From assembly GCA_024644125.1 (NCBI GenBank), contig JAHELQ010000004.1, positions 843 through 37,784 of the forward strand: DNA of 36,942 nucleotides. Direction: 5' to 3'. Of the stretch, positions 19,114-27,942 are shown in pieces (positions within the stretch are counted from its first letter, which is position 1; each line of letters opens with the position of its first letter). Below the pieces are notes generated by a model. It saw only the letters and a list, made by a program, of their open reading frames with translations. It was not told the DNA's origin and ran no database searches. This stretch comes from Candidatus Aminicenantes bacterium (GTDB lineage: Bacteria; Acidobacteriota; Aminicenantia; UBA2199). A program made the position numbers and the translations under genes.

Positions 19114-20019
19114 TCACGGCTGAGCGTGCAAATCGTAAACCCCGTCCGGGGTGATGATTTTATCGCGATAATTCACGTCATTCAGTGACATATTCCCGGT
19201 AACAATACAATTGGAAAGCGACGAACGTCCGCCGACCGTAGTATTCTCCCAGATTACCGAGTTGACCAGGGAACACCCCTTGCCGGTCTTCACATTGAGG
19301 GAAAAAGAATTGTCTCGCTCCGATCCGATGTGCTTCCGGTACGCGGCGTCGGCTTGAAGATAGAGATATGGGGTGCCGAGATCCCACCAGGGACCGGTCG
19401 TTTCGATTACCGAAATATCGAACGATCCGCCTGCCAGGGTATCAAAGAAGCTGACGTGGGCGATCGCTTCCAGCACGCGCTTCGTGAATAGCGCGACGCC
19501 GGTGTACATCCAGTTGAATCCATCATGCAGCACAAATTCTTCAGAAAGCGACATATCCTTCTTGCGCCCTAAAAAACGGGCGCCGGACAGTACCAATGGC
19601 GCATATTGTTTCTCCGATGTTTTTTTCACCAGCAACACCCCATCACATTTTTTTGTCCGCAAGAGAGACACCATTTCGTGAAGAGGAATCTCCGTAAAAA
19701 TATCTCCATTCACCACCAGCAACATTTCTTTTATATGAGGCGCGGCTTCTTTCAAAATGTTGCTTCCCGAGAGCGATTCCTCATAAAAAAAATGAAGCCC
19801 TTCTCGGTGCGACAAGGCCTTCCGGATATGTTCGCCATGATGGTGAAGATTGACAAATCCACGCCTCGATCCGAGTGCTCGCAATTGATCCGACATAATC
19901 TCGATCAACGGTCGCCCCGCCATGGGAAACAGCGGTTTCGGTTTGTAATCGCTCAACGGCCGGGCTCTGGTACCCAAACCTCCGGCCAATAAAAAGAACG
20001 GAATTTCAGCCGGGATCAT
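19114..20019 (-). CDS. Sugar-phosphate nucleotidyltransferase (NTP_transferase; MurU/GMPP-like) with short left-handed beta-helix tail
   Basis: LAGGLGTRARPLSDYKPKPL, VNGDI, YTGV, WWDLGTP; C-terminal hexapeptide-like NSVIWENTTVG. Confidence 0.85.
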   Translation of the reverse strand: MIPAEIPFFLLAGGLGTRARPLSDYKPKPLFPMAGRPLIEIMSDQLRALGSRRGFVNLHHHGEHIRKALSHREGLHFFYEESLSGSNILKEAAPHIKEMLLVVNGDIFTEIPLHEMVSLLRTKKCDGVLLVKKTSEKQYAPLVLSGARFLGRKKDMSLSEEFVLHDGFNWMYTGVALFTKRVLEAIAHVSFFDTLAGGSFDISVIETTGPWWDLGTPYLYLQADAAYRKHIGSERDNSFSLNVKTGKGCSLVNSVIWENTTVGGRSSLSNCIVTGNMSLNDVNYRDKIITPDGVYDLHAQP

Positions 20020-20579
20020 CGTTCAAAGACCATATCCCCGCTATACCCCATCTCAACGAACAAGCGTCGGTAATTACGAGTTATATAATCCTTTTTAGTA
20101 TATCCAAACGCCTGCGCCATTACGTCGATCTCATTCTCCGGCGCTTCGATCTCCATGAAATTCCCGATTGGTGTTTCGTCCAGAAACACGGTCACCGGTC
20201 CTCGCCGCCACGTTTCTCGGTACTTTTCGTAAATCCAGACCATCCGGTATTCCAGTCCCAGGAGAATCGTCTTCATCCGCTCGAAGTGCCCGATACCCGA
20301 TTCGATCTCTTCGCGAATTTTGTATTCGTCATCGGTATCGTTTTCTTTTACCGGGCGTTTGAAGGTGATGATGTTTTTGTTGCCGAACCGCCGCAACCTC
20401 AACAGTTGGTTGCGGGAAGCGAGCGAATGATCGGGAGTGTCAAACAAAATATTGCGCTCAAACTGGCGGGGGTCCAAAAGAACGAACCCTGCATCCGGCA
20501 AGAAACGCCTTGCGAGAGGCAAATCGGTCAATTTCAATTTGATCTCAATTTCCAGATGATGCAAAGATTCTTGTCCCAT
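20016..20579 (-). CDS. CYTH-domain protein (class IV adenylate cyclase / triphosphate tunnel metalloenzyme)
   Basis: EIEIK, FDT, LRLR, ITFK, REEIE, YEKYRE, FLDETPIGNFMEIE. Confidence 0.9.
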   Translation of the reverse strand: MGQESLHHLEIEIKLKLTDLPLARRFLPDAGFVLLDPRQFERNILFDTPDHSLASRNQLLRLRRFGNKNIITFKRPVKENDTDDEYKIREEIESGIGHFERMKTILLGLEYRMVWIYEKYRETWRRGPVTVFLDETPIGNFMEIEAPENEIDVMAQAFGYTKKDYITRNYRRLFVEMGYSGDMVFER

Positions 20580-21520
20580 CAGTAATCGCGGTACCTGATA
20601 AATCCAAGCAAGTGAAGCAACGACTCTTTGTACAGAGAATCCGGGAATTGCCGTATGAACGCCTGGCAGGAGTTGTAATAGTCATCTATAAAATCCAGAC
20701 ACTTCCGTTTGATGCCGTACTCTTCCATCAAGGCCAAAAACAGTTCCTGGTCTTTTTCACCGAAGTCCTCCGGAATGTCAACATTACGGGATTTCAGCAA
20801 TAGAATCAACGGTAGGGTAATCTTCCCCTCTTTCAGATCGCGGAACCGGTCTTTACCGGAATTCTCCGAAAAAATATCGAGAATGTCGTCGATGACCTGG
20901 AAAATAGTGCCAAAATCCATACCAAAGTTATAAAATTCCTCGGCCCGCTGCGGCGAATCGCCGTTCAAAAGGGAGGCGATCTTGCACACGCCGGCAAAAA
21001 GCGACGAGGTCTTCTTCTGGATGATATCGATATAAGTAGCGGTTTTGACCTTTGTATTGAAGTGGTTTTCGATCTCCAGTAACTGGCCTTCGATCATCAA
21101 AAGCGCCGCTTCCAGCATGATGTCCAGGACTTTTTCCCGCCTCAATTTATGAATGGAGAATAACGAATTGATGAATAGATAATCTCCCCATAGAACGGAG
21201 ATATGGTTCCCGAAACTGAAATTCAGAGTTCTCGCTCCCCGCCGCAATTGAGAGTTATCCACCACATCGTCATGGATAAGGCTCGACAGATGAAACATCT
21301 CGACAGAAGCGGCGATCGGCGGCAATTCATCCACGAGGCCATCATTCATCCCTGCCAGCAAAAACAAAACAGTCGAACGAATTCGTTTCCCTTTTTTTAA
21401 AGGAGTTTTATCCGACACCGTTTTTATCAAGTTTATTTTGCTCCTGAAGTCTTTCAACAGTAAATTATCCGTTTTCTCCAGGAGATCCTTCACAGGTTTT
21501 TGGATCTCTTTTAGATTCAT
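20579..21520 (-). CDS. Trans-polyprenyl diphosphate synthase (IspB/HepT-like)
   Basis: GKRIR, first Asp-rich motif SLIHDDVVD..RRG, EGQ, KKTSSLF, second motif FQVIDDILD, DLKEGKITLP. Start set at ATG 21520 from the promoter position. Confidence 0.92.
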   Translation of the reverse strand: MNLKEIQKPVKDLLEKTDNLLLKDFRSKINLIKTVSDKTPLKKGKRIRSTVLFLLAGMNDGLVDELPPIAASVEMFHLSSLIHDDVVDNSQLRRGARTLNFSFGNHISVLWGDYLFINSLFSIHKLRREKVLDIMLEAALLMIEGQLLEIENHFNTKVKTATYIDIIQKKTSSLFAGVCKIASLLNGDSPQRAEEFYNFGMDFGTIFQVIDDILDIFSENSGKDRFRDLKEGKITLPLILLLKSRNVDIPEDFGEKDQELFLALMEEYGIKRKCLDFIDDYYNSCQAFIRQFPDSLYKESLLHLLGFIRYRDY

Positions 21521-21527
21521 TAGGGCA

Positions 21528-21594
21528 ATTGTATCATCATTAACATTATTTTGCAACGGAATCCGGACTCTTGCAGCGTCCAATGTGATAAAAT
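21528..21594. promoter_or_regulatory. Back-to-back divergent promoters for polyprenyl synthase and yjbQ
   Basis: Minus: TTGCAA(21556-21551)-N17-TACAAT, 7 nt to ATG 21520. Plus: TGATAAAAT(21586-21594), 6 nt to ATG 21601. Confidence 0.6.
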
Positions 21595-21600
21595 TACACG

Positions 21601-22026
21601 ATGATCGAATTATATAAAATCGAGCTGAATACAGTTGGGAAAAATGACATCGTTGATATTACCGGGGATGTGAAAGCCATCATCCGCCGATCGCAGATCA
21701 CCGACGGAAGCGCTTTGATATTTGTCCCTGGAGCCACGGGCGCGCTCTCCACAGTCGAATACGAACCGGGCCTGCTTCGCGATCTCCCGCGACTCATGGA
21801 AAAGCTCATTCCCGAAAAAGAGCACTACCATCACAACGAAACCTGGCACGACGGCAACGGCCATTCCCATCTCCGGGCGACATTGATGGGGCCTTCGCTG
21901 ACCGTCCCTTTTTCCGGCAAAGAGATGATCCTCGGTACCTGGCAGCAGATCATCTTCCTGGAATTCGACAACAAACCGCACCACCGGGAGCTGGTGGTTC
22001 AATTAATGGGTGAGAGACTGGATTAA
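21601..22026 (+). CDS. yjbQ: YjbQ/UPF0047 family protein (secondary thiamine-phosphate synthase)
   Basis: VDIT, GATGALSTVEYEPGL, YHH, DGNGHSHLRA, LGTWQQIIFLEFD. Confidence 0.92.
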   Translation: MIELYKIELNTVGKNDIVDITGDVKAIIRRSQITDGSALIFVPGATGALSTVEYEPGLLRDLPRLMEKLIPEKEHYHHNETWHDGNGHSHLRATLMGPSLTVPFSGKEMILGTWQQIIFLEFDNKPHHRELVVQLMGERLD

Positions 22027-23103
22027 CCGGGTTTCCTCTTTCATCAGATTGGCGGCGAGGCAGGAATGAACCGGCAATACGGCCAAAAGATCGCCGCGGC
22101 GGAGATTGTCCAGCACCCCGGGCGGCGCCTTGACAATACCGTGCTCCTGGCTTAGAGAACTGACATAGGTATCCGGCAGCGGCATCTCCCAACCGGCCTC
22201 CGTCAACGTGCACACATAGCCGAATATTTTTTGCCCCTGCGTCCCGACGCAATGTTCCTTTGACAGATGAACCGCTCCGCCGTAGAGGACGAACTCCCCA
22301 CGCCGGGGATAAATTCCCACCACCGGACAGGCCAACGCGACCGCAATCTCCTCCAACCGGCACGAACCGATGAAATATTGCATTAAGTCATAATACACAA
22401 AATTACCGCAACGGATTTCATCGACACCCGAAAAATCCTCGACTATGCTGCATGTGGGGGTATCACCCACAGATATCTCGACCTTCGCTATCCCCTGCTC
22501 CCGCAACGCCAGTTCAATCGCCGCCATCCTGTCCGCCGTATCCCTGAAGACCGCTTCGAGCTCATCCTTTCCCCGCGCATTGTACGAATGGCCCGCGTGG
22601 GTCAACAAGCCCCGGAGACGGAGCTTCGTCGATGAAACAATCGCCCGCGCCACAGCCGCGATCTCCCGCTTCTCGCTGTCCGGGATTCCACTCCGGTGAT
22701 AACCGGTATCCACTTCGATCCATATATCGACGCCCCCTTCCAATCGCTCATCCAGGAAGCGGACCGACTCCTCCGCTTCCACCAGGAGATGGAGCTTCGC
22801 CTTCTTCGCCAACCGGTTGATGGCGTCTATTTCCAAACGGTTCACAGGAAAAGCGACGGTAATATCCTCCCAACCTTCTTCCGCAAAATAGGAGGCCATA
22901 CTCACCGACGAAACAGTGATGCCGGAAATCCCAAATTCCCGGAACATATCTCCCACTTCGGCAGATTGGTGGGTTTTGAAGTGAGGCTTCAACCGCACAT
23001 GTTGCCTCACACATTTTTCTGCGATTTTTTTAATGTTGTTGCTAACGATCTCCTGGTCAACCAGGAGCGTCGGTTTCGTAATTTCTTTCGTCATGCGCTT
23101 CAT
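22003..23103 (-). CDS. PLP-dependent fold-type III enzyme, DSD1 / D-threonine aldolase-like
   Basis: KPTLLVD, PHFKTHQ (PLP Lys), EVDTGYHRSG, HAGHSY, SVGDTPT, EIRCGNFVYYD, LSQEHG, PVHSC. Start set at ATG 23103 from the promoter position. Confidence 0.88.
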   Translation of the reverse strand: MKRMTKEITKPTLLVDQEIVSNNIKKIAEKCVRQHVRLKPHFKTHQSAEVGDMFREFGISGITVSSVSMASYFAEEGWEDITVAFPVNRLEIDAINRLAKKAKLHLLVEAEESVRFLDERLEGGVDIWIEVDTGYHRSGIPDSEKREIAAVARAIVSSTKLRLRGLLTHAGHSYNARGKDELEAVFRDTADRMAAIELALREQGIAKVEISVGDTPTCSIVEDFSGVDEIRCGNFVYYDLMQYFIGSCRLEEIAVALACPVVGIYPRRGEFVLYGGAVHLSKEHCVGTQGQKIFGYVCTLTEAGWEMPLPDTYVSSLSQEHGIVKAPPGVLDNLRRGDLLAVLPVHSCLAANLMKEETRLIQSLTH

Positions 23104-23110
23104 GGCTGCC

Positions 23111-23139
23111 AATATATCACGCTCCCGCCCCAGAGTCAA
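23111..23139 (-). promoter_or_regulatory. sigma-70 promoter for the DSD1-like gene, probably leaderless
   Basis: TTGACT-N17-TATATT with extended TG, 7 nt before ATG 23103. Confidence 0.65.
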
Positions 23140-23172
23140 AGCCCCCGAGAGATCCTTCGCAAAGGGAAGAGG

Positions 23173-23201
23173 TTGCATTTTTGGCCCGACTTCACTATAA
23201 T
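23173..23201 (+). promoter_or_regulatory. sigma-70 promoter for the hypothetical gene and possibly trxB
   Basis: TTGCAT-N17-TATAAT, then GGAG and TTG start at 23219. Confidence 0.65.
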
Positions 23202-23218
23202 TAGCGTGGAGAGCAAAG

Positions 23219-23752
23219 TTGGATACTCAAGAAGAAAATCAGCAGCGAAACAATGATGTCGCCAGGATAGCGGCATATATCCCCGGCTTCAAGGGATACA
23301 GCGACTCTGAGCAACGTAACGATTCAGACATGCGAGTACGGTCCGCCGTCGCCCGGAAATTGGATTTATTCAAAACTGCGCTGGCAGAAATCATTCAAAC
23401 TGTGGCGGCCGAAAAACGGCTGGACCTTTTATCCGATTACGACGGTCTGGTAACCTCCATCGGAGAATTTCAGATATTACTCAAAGAACCTCCTGGAGAC
23501 TGCGGAGATTTTTTTCAATTGCAATCCGTCAAAGAAGAAAACACATCGGATATTTACCGGTTGGATTTGCAATTATTGGAGAAAGCGGCTCATTTCCTGG
23601 AGCAACTGGAAACACTCAAACAAAGCCCCTTTGAGCGAAGCGACGCCCGGAGTTTGGACTCGAGACTCCGGGAAATGATCACGTGCTTCACCGAACGGGC
23701 CATCAGTATGAAAGGTTGCCATCAGATTGAGCAAACCCTTTCCGATTCCTGA
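23219..23752 (+). CDS. Hypothetical helical protein
   Basis: Promoter, SD and TTG start; conserved-looking N-terminal IPGFKGY...R..D..VR segment; amphipathic helices. Confidence 0.75.
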   Translation: MDTQEENQQRNNDVARIAAYIPGFKGYSDSEQRNDSDMRVRSAVARKLDLFKTALAEIIQTVAAEKRLDLLSDYDGLVTSIGEFQILLKEPPGDCGDFFQLQSVKEENTSDIYRLDLQLLEKAAHFLEQLETLKQSPFERSDARSLDSRLREMITCFTERAISMKGCHQIEQTLSDS

Positions 23753-23809
23753 ATTTTGATGTATAATTATTAAAAAATTTATTTTAACGATTCGCAAGGA
23801 GTATGGAAC

Positions 23810-24745
23810 ATGGAAGAAAGAAATGTCATAATCATAGGATCAGGACCCGCGGGGCTGACGGCAGCGGTCTACACCGCGAGAGCGAATTTGAAACCCCTGG
23901 TGATCGAAGGATACCAGGCGGGCGGACAATTGATGATAACCTCTGAAATCGAAAACTTTCCCGGATTCAAAGAGGGCGTCACCGGTCCCGAATTGATGGC
24001 GGATATGAGAGCTCAGGCGGAACGGTTCGGAGCCGAATTCATCACCGCAGACGCAAGTAAAGTGGAATTGGCTGGAGATATAAAAAAAGTCTGGATCGAG
24101 GATGATGTGTACGCCTCTAAAACAATTATCATCTCCACCGGAGCCAGCGCCAACTACCTGGGGCTGGATAGCGAATCGCGGCTTAAAGGGCGCGGCGTGA
24201 GCGCATGCGCCACATGCGATGGATTCTTCTTTCAGAATAGAACCATCTGCGTCGTCGGCGGCGGCGACAGCGCCATGGAAGAAGCGACATTTTTGACCCG
24301 TTTCGCTAAAAAAGTCTACTTGATTCACCGCAGGGACCAGTTCCGGGCGTCCAAAATCATGGAAAAACGAGCGGCGGACAATCCCAAAATAGAATTCATC
24401 ATGAACACAATAATAGAAGAGGTACTGGGCGAGGACCGGGTGACGGGCGTCAGGTTGAAAAACCGGGAAACAGGAAAGGTAACCGATCTTCCCCTCGAGG
24501 GAATGTTCCTGGCCATCGGCCACACGCCAAACACCGATTTGTTCACCGGCCAGTTGGAAACGGACGATACCGGATACATCGTTACCTCCTCGGAAAAAGG
24601 ACGTCAATCCGCCACCAGCGAAGCAGGGGTATTTGCGTGTGGAGATGTGCAGGATCCTCATTACAGGCAGGCGATTACCGCCGCCGGAAGCGGATGTATG
24701 GCTGCATTGGATGCGGAGCACTACATTGAAGCCCTGGAAGGATAA
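23810..24745 (+). CDS. trxB: Thioredoxin-disulfide reductase
   Basis: GSGPAG, GGQL, ENFPGF, active site CATCDG, GGGDSAMEEA, HRRD, GDV..YRQAITAAGSG; AAGGAG SD. Confidence 0.97.
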   Translation: MEERNVIIIGSGPAGLTAAVYTARANLKPLVIEGYQAGGQLMITSEIENFPGFKEGVTGPELMADMRAQAERFGAEFITADASKVELAGDIKKVWIEDDVYASKTIIISTGASANYLGLDSESRLKGRGVSACATCDGFFFQNRTICVVGGGDSAMEEATFLTRFAKKVYLIHRRDQFRASKIMEKRAADNPKIEFIMNTIIEEVLGEDRVTGVRLKNRETGKVTDLPLEGMFLAIGHTPNTDLFTGQLETDDTGYIVTSSEKGRQSATSEAGVFACGDVQDPHYRQAITAAGSGCMAALDAEHYIEALEG

Positions 24746-24786
24746 TCTTTAATCGTTAGAAGACCGCAATATTCATCATCGCGACG

Positions 24787-27567
24787 ATGAAAAAAAAAAC
24801 GGCGCTCGTTACGGCGTTTCTGTTGATGGCGATCTACGGAAGCGCCAAATATCATCCGGAGGTGCGCTGGCAGGAAATCACGCACGATAAATTCATCGTG
24901 GTCTTCCCCGAAGGTTATAAAGCCGAAGCCGCCGTTACCTTGCGCGAAGCCCAGGCCACCTTCCTGCGCCTCCAGGCGTTCTGGAAATTTCAAGTGCAGA
25001 AAAAAATCAGGATCCTGCTTACCAATTCCTACGACTACCCCCAGAGTTTCGCCACTTTTTTCCCATTTAACCAGATAGTGATCTCGCTTGCCCATCCCAC
25101 ACCGGATTCGGAAATGGGGAATTTTCGCGATTGGGTTCCTATGGTGTTGGCACATGAGATGACGTTGATCTTTATCTTCAACGCGGGCCCCAGTTACCTC
25201 CAATTCATGAGGAACATCTTCGGCAACCTATCCATTTTTTATCCGATGGCCCGCTTTCCCCGCTGGCTCATGGAAGGACTGGCCATCTATGGAGAGTCCC
25301 TTCTTCAAGAGGGAGGGCGATTGAATAACGCCGACTTCGACATCCTGCTCCGGGAGATATTGAGAGACGGCTCCATTCCCAGCTACCTCACCCTCTACGG
25401 TATCCCTACCCGTTGGCCGGCTGATCAGGCCCGCGCTCTCTACGGTTCGAAATTCATCCAATACCTATCTCAAAAATATGGCTCCACTTCCATCCCTCAG
25501 TTGGTGAAAAACCAGGCGGAGCATCCTATTATCCTGAATGTGCAACGACGATTCGCGGCTATTTTCGGGAAACGGTTGAAAGCGTTGTGGCATGAATTCG
25601 CCGCCAGCCGCAAACATCCTCCCGCCTTCCACACGGAAGAATTCACTATTCTCACCCAGGACGGTATGGAAAAAAAATACCCCCTGGCAGTGACGCCGGA
25701 CAGGATTATATATTACGAGAATAACTTCCAGGAATACCCGGGAATCTTCTTGTTAGACCTGAAAAGCAATACCCGAATCAAATTGATCGACCAAAAAGAC
25801 GCCACCAGCCTTTTTTTCTCTCCAAAAGACCAACATGTCTATTTTTCCGCCATTGACTCCTATAAATCTTTTTATGAATATTCCGATATTTACCGGTTTT
25901 CGCTCAAAACCGGCGAGCTTTTCAGGCTAAGCTCCGGCCAGCGGTTGACTTATCCGGTAAAAGCGGACGGGATGTTAAAATTGTATTGCGTCAAGCGCGT
26001 CGAAGGAAAAGATTACCTGACACTCTTCAATCCCGGCAGCAGAGAGGAGAGGATTCTCTCAGAAGGATTCCCGTCCATCGCATATCTCTCCGTCTCACCA
26101 AATGGGAGATATATCGCCGCCTCTCTCAAGCTCGAGGGCAGAAGTTGGAGTATCGCCCTATTCGACAACACAGGCAAACTGATAAAAATTCTCACTCCCA
26201 GACATATCAAATGTTATTACCCGAGATGGGCTTCGCAACACCAGATCTACTTCATCTCTGAATTAAACGGAAATTACCGCCTGGCTTGTACAAATCCCGG
26301 GAACGGGGAGTTGTTCGCGTATGACGACGACCGGTTGCCCCCGGTCAAATTCTTTGAATTGGGCGCGGCCGGCGGCGAAGTACTGGTCTCTTACATTGGC
26401 GGCAACGGATACAACCTCGGGCGCTTCGACATCCTGAAATTCCAGCCCCGGAAGTGGGTGCCGTCACGGGAAAATTCGCATCCGCGACTCAGAGTCCCCG
26501 AGGTCAATGAGGATTTACCTCTCCGGAAATACAACGTTATCCGCGATCTACTCCCAAAACACATGACCGTCACCTTCCGCAATTCCGGCAATGAAATCCA
26601 ACCGGGAGTCTACCTATCCGGCACCGACTTATTGACAGAGCACTCGTTTTTCTTCAAAGGTTATCATGGCCCCTCCAGCGGCGATTGGAGTTTCGGCTTC
26701 AATTACACCCTCGACACCATGTACCCGACCTGGATCCTGGATTATAGCGATTACATCGATATCTACCAGGGGGAAGACCAACGAAGCGCCAACCACAGGA
26801 CAACCGAACTGAAGTTGGGTTGCCTCTTTCCGCTGTCGTTGGCTCGCCGCAGCCAGGCGTACCTGTATACCAACATCCATTTTCAACGGACAGAGGACCG
26901 CTACTTCGATCCAATCGAGACGGTCCAGAAAAAATACAATGGCTTCAAAGTGGCTTACCTGTACAACTCGTCGCAGAAATACCGCGACTCCATCTCGCAT
27001 AGCGACGGAATACGGTTGGCGATCTCCTACGCCAGGGATATCCAACTGCTGGGGAGTAAATATACCACCAATACAGCGGCGCTGGAATACAAACAATTCT
27101 TCCCTGTCATCCGACCCAATGTACTGGCCTTGCGGTTCACCGCCAGCCAATCGTGGGGGAAAGGAGAGCAGGAGTTTTTTATGGGAGGCACCCGCTCCCA
27201 GTCGGGATTCATGGGACTGGAGATCACGGAGCAGGGATTGTTCGGGTTGATGCGCGGTTACTCCGGCGGTTATTTTGCCGGATACGGCGGCTACCTGCTA
27301 AATATGGAATTCCGCATGTCCCTTATGAAAATCGAACGCTGCTTCTCCATTTCCCCAAGCTTCGAACGGATTTACTTAACCGTTTTTTCAGATATCGGCA
27401 ATGTCTGGCGCAATAACGCGGCCATCGATCCGAAAATCTCCATCGGACTGGAATTGAACATCGATGTCTTCCTGGGCGCCCGCTTGCCCTTTTGCGCCGG
27501 AATCGCGTATGCCAACCGCTCCGGACTCGCTCCCACCTTCTACATCCGCATCGGCGAATCCTTCTGA
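24787..27567 (+). CDS. Outer-membrane Omp85 (BamA/TamA-like) protein with N-terminal metallopeptidase-like domain and TolB/PD40-like propeller
   Basis: Signal peptide; AHEMTL and PRWLMEGLA; propeller repeats (FSPKD, VSPNGRYIA, YPRWAS); barrel motif LMRGY; C-terminal beta-signal FYIRIGESF. Confidence 0.75.
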   Translation: MKKKTALVTAFLLMAIYGSAKYHPEVRWQEITHDKFIVVFPEGYKAEAAVTLREAQATFLRLQAFWKFQVQKKIRILLTNSYDYPQSFATFFPFNQIVISLAHPTPDSEMGNFRDWVPMVLAHEMTLIFIFNAGPSYLQFMRNIFGNLSIFYPMARFPRWLMEGLAIYGESLLQEGGRLNNADFDILLREILRDGSIPSYLTLYGIPTRWPADQARALYGSKFIQYLSQKYGSTSIPQLVKNQAEHPIILNVQRRFAAIFGKRLKALWHEFAASRKHPPAFHTEEFTILTQDGMEKKYPLAVTPDRIIYYENNFQEYPGIFLLDLKSNTRIKLIDQKDATSLFFSPKDQHVYFSAIDSYKSFYEYSDIYRFSLKTGELFRLSSGQRLTYPVKADGMLKLYCVKRVEGKDYLTLFNPGSREERILSEGFPSIAYLSVSPNGRYIAASLKLEGRSWSIALFDNTGKLIKILTPRHIKCYYPRWASQHQIYFISELNGNYRLACTNPGNGELFAYDDDRLPPVKFFELGAAGGEVLVSYIGGNGYNLGRFDILKFQPRKWVPSRENSHPRLRVPEVNEDLPLRKYNVIRDLLPKHMTVTFRNSGNEIQPGVYLSGTDLLTEHSFFFKGYHGPSSGDWSFGFNYTLDTMYPTWILDYSDYIDIYQGEDQRSANHRTTELKLGCLFPLSLARRSQAYLYTNIHFQRTEDRYFDPIETVQKKYNGFKVAYLYNSSQKYRDSISHSDGIRLAISYARDIQLLGSKYTTNTAALEYKQFFPVIRPNVLALRFTASQSWGKGEQEFFMGGTRSQSGFMGLEITEQGLFGLMRGYSGGYFAGYGGYLLNMEFRMSLMKIERCFSISPSFERIYLTVFSDIGNVWRNNAAIDPKISIGLELNIDVFLGARLPFCAGIAYANRSGLAPTFYIRIGESF

Positions 27568-27942
27568 GCGGCCGGAGGCGCCGATTGCATTTCCCGGGGA
27601 TCCGGTATATCCTTGAGATTCTGGACACCCTGTCCAACGGTTACAATTACCTGGCACCCGGAGCATTGGAAACGAAAATGGATGAAAATTTTTACTCCGT
27701 TACACCCAACACGAAAAATAGAGGAATCGCTTTTTTTATAAAACCAACTAAACTCTAAACCAACCCCCGCCGCGGCTATATATTTAAAAATAGTGGCGAC
27801 CTGGACCTAAACCATTTATATAAAAGGTTTTCCCTTGCCAATCATACAACCCGACGCACACGGGAACTATAAATTTTTGATTTCTAAACCGATAGTTTAT
27901 AACTTTTTTTCTAATTTCCAACAGCTTTTCCTGTAAAAACGC

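Noticed and set aside
21255-21263. DnaA-box-like TTATCCACC
   Set aside because: Single imperfect copy inside a coding region; no cluster.
23840-24721. 293-aa antisense ORF over trxB, and similar ones at 11557-12255, 31377-32174 and 33694-34299
   Set aside because: Each lies fully opposite a well-supported gene, has no recognisable motif, and is explained by sense-strand codon bias.
27651-27668. TGGCAC as a sigma-54 promoter for the HU operon
   Set aside because: No GC at the -12 position.
27582-27715. Mini-CRISPR reading of the 24-bp repeat with a 32-bp spacer
   Set aside because: Only two copies, 7 mismatches, no convincing third repeat and no cas genes.
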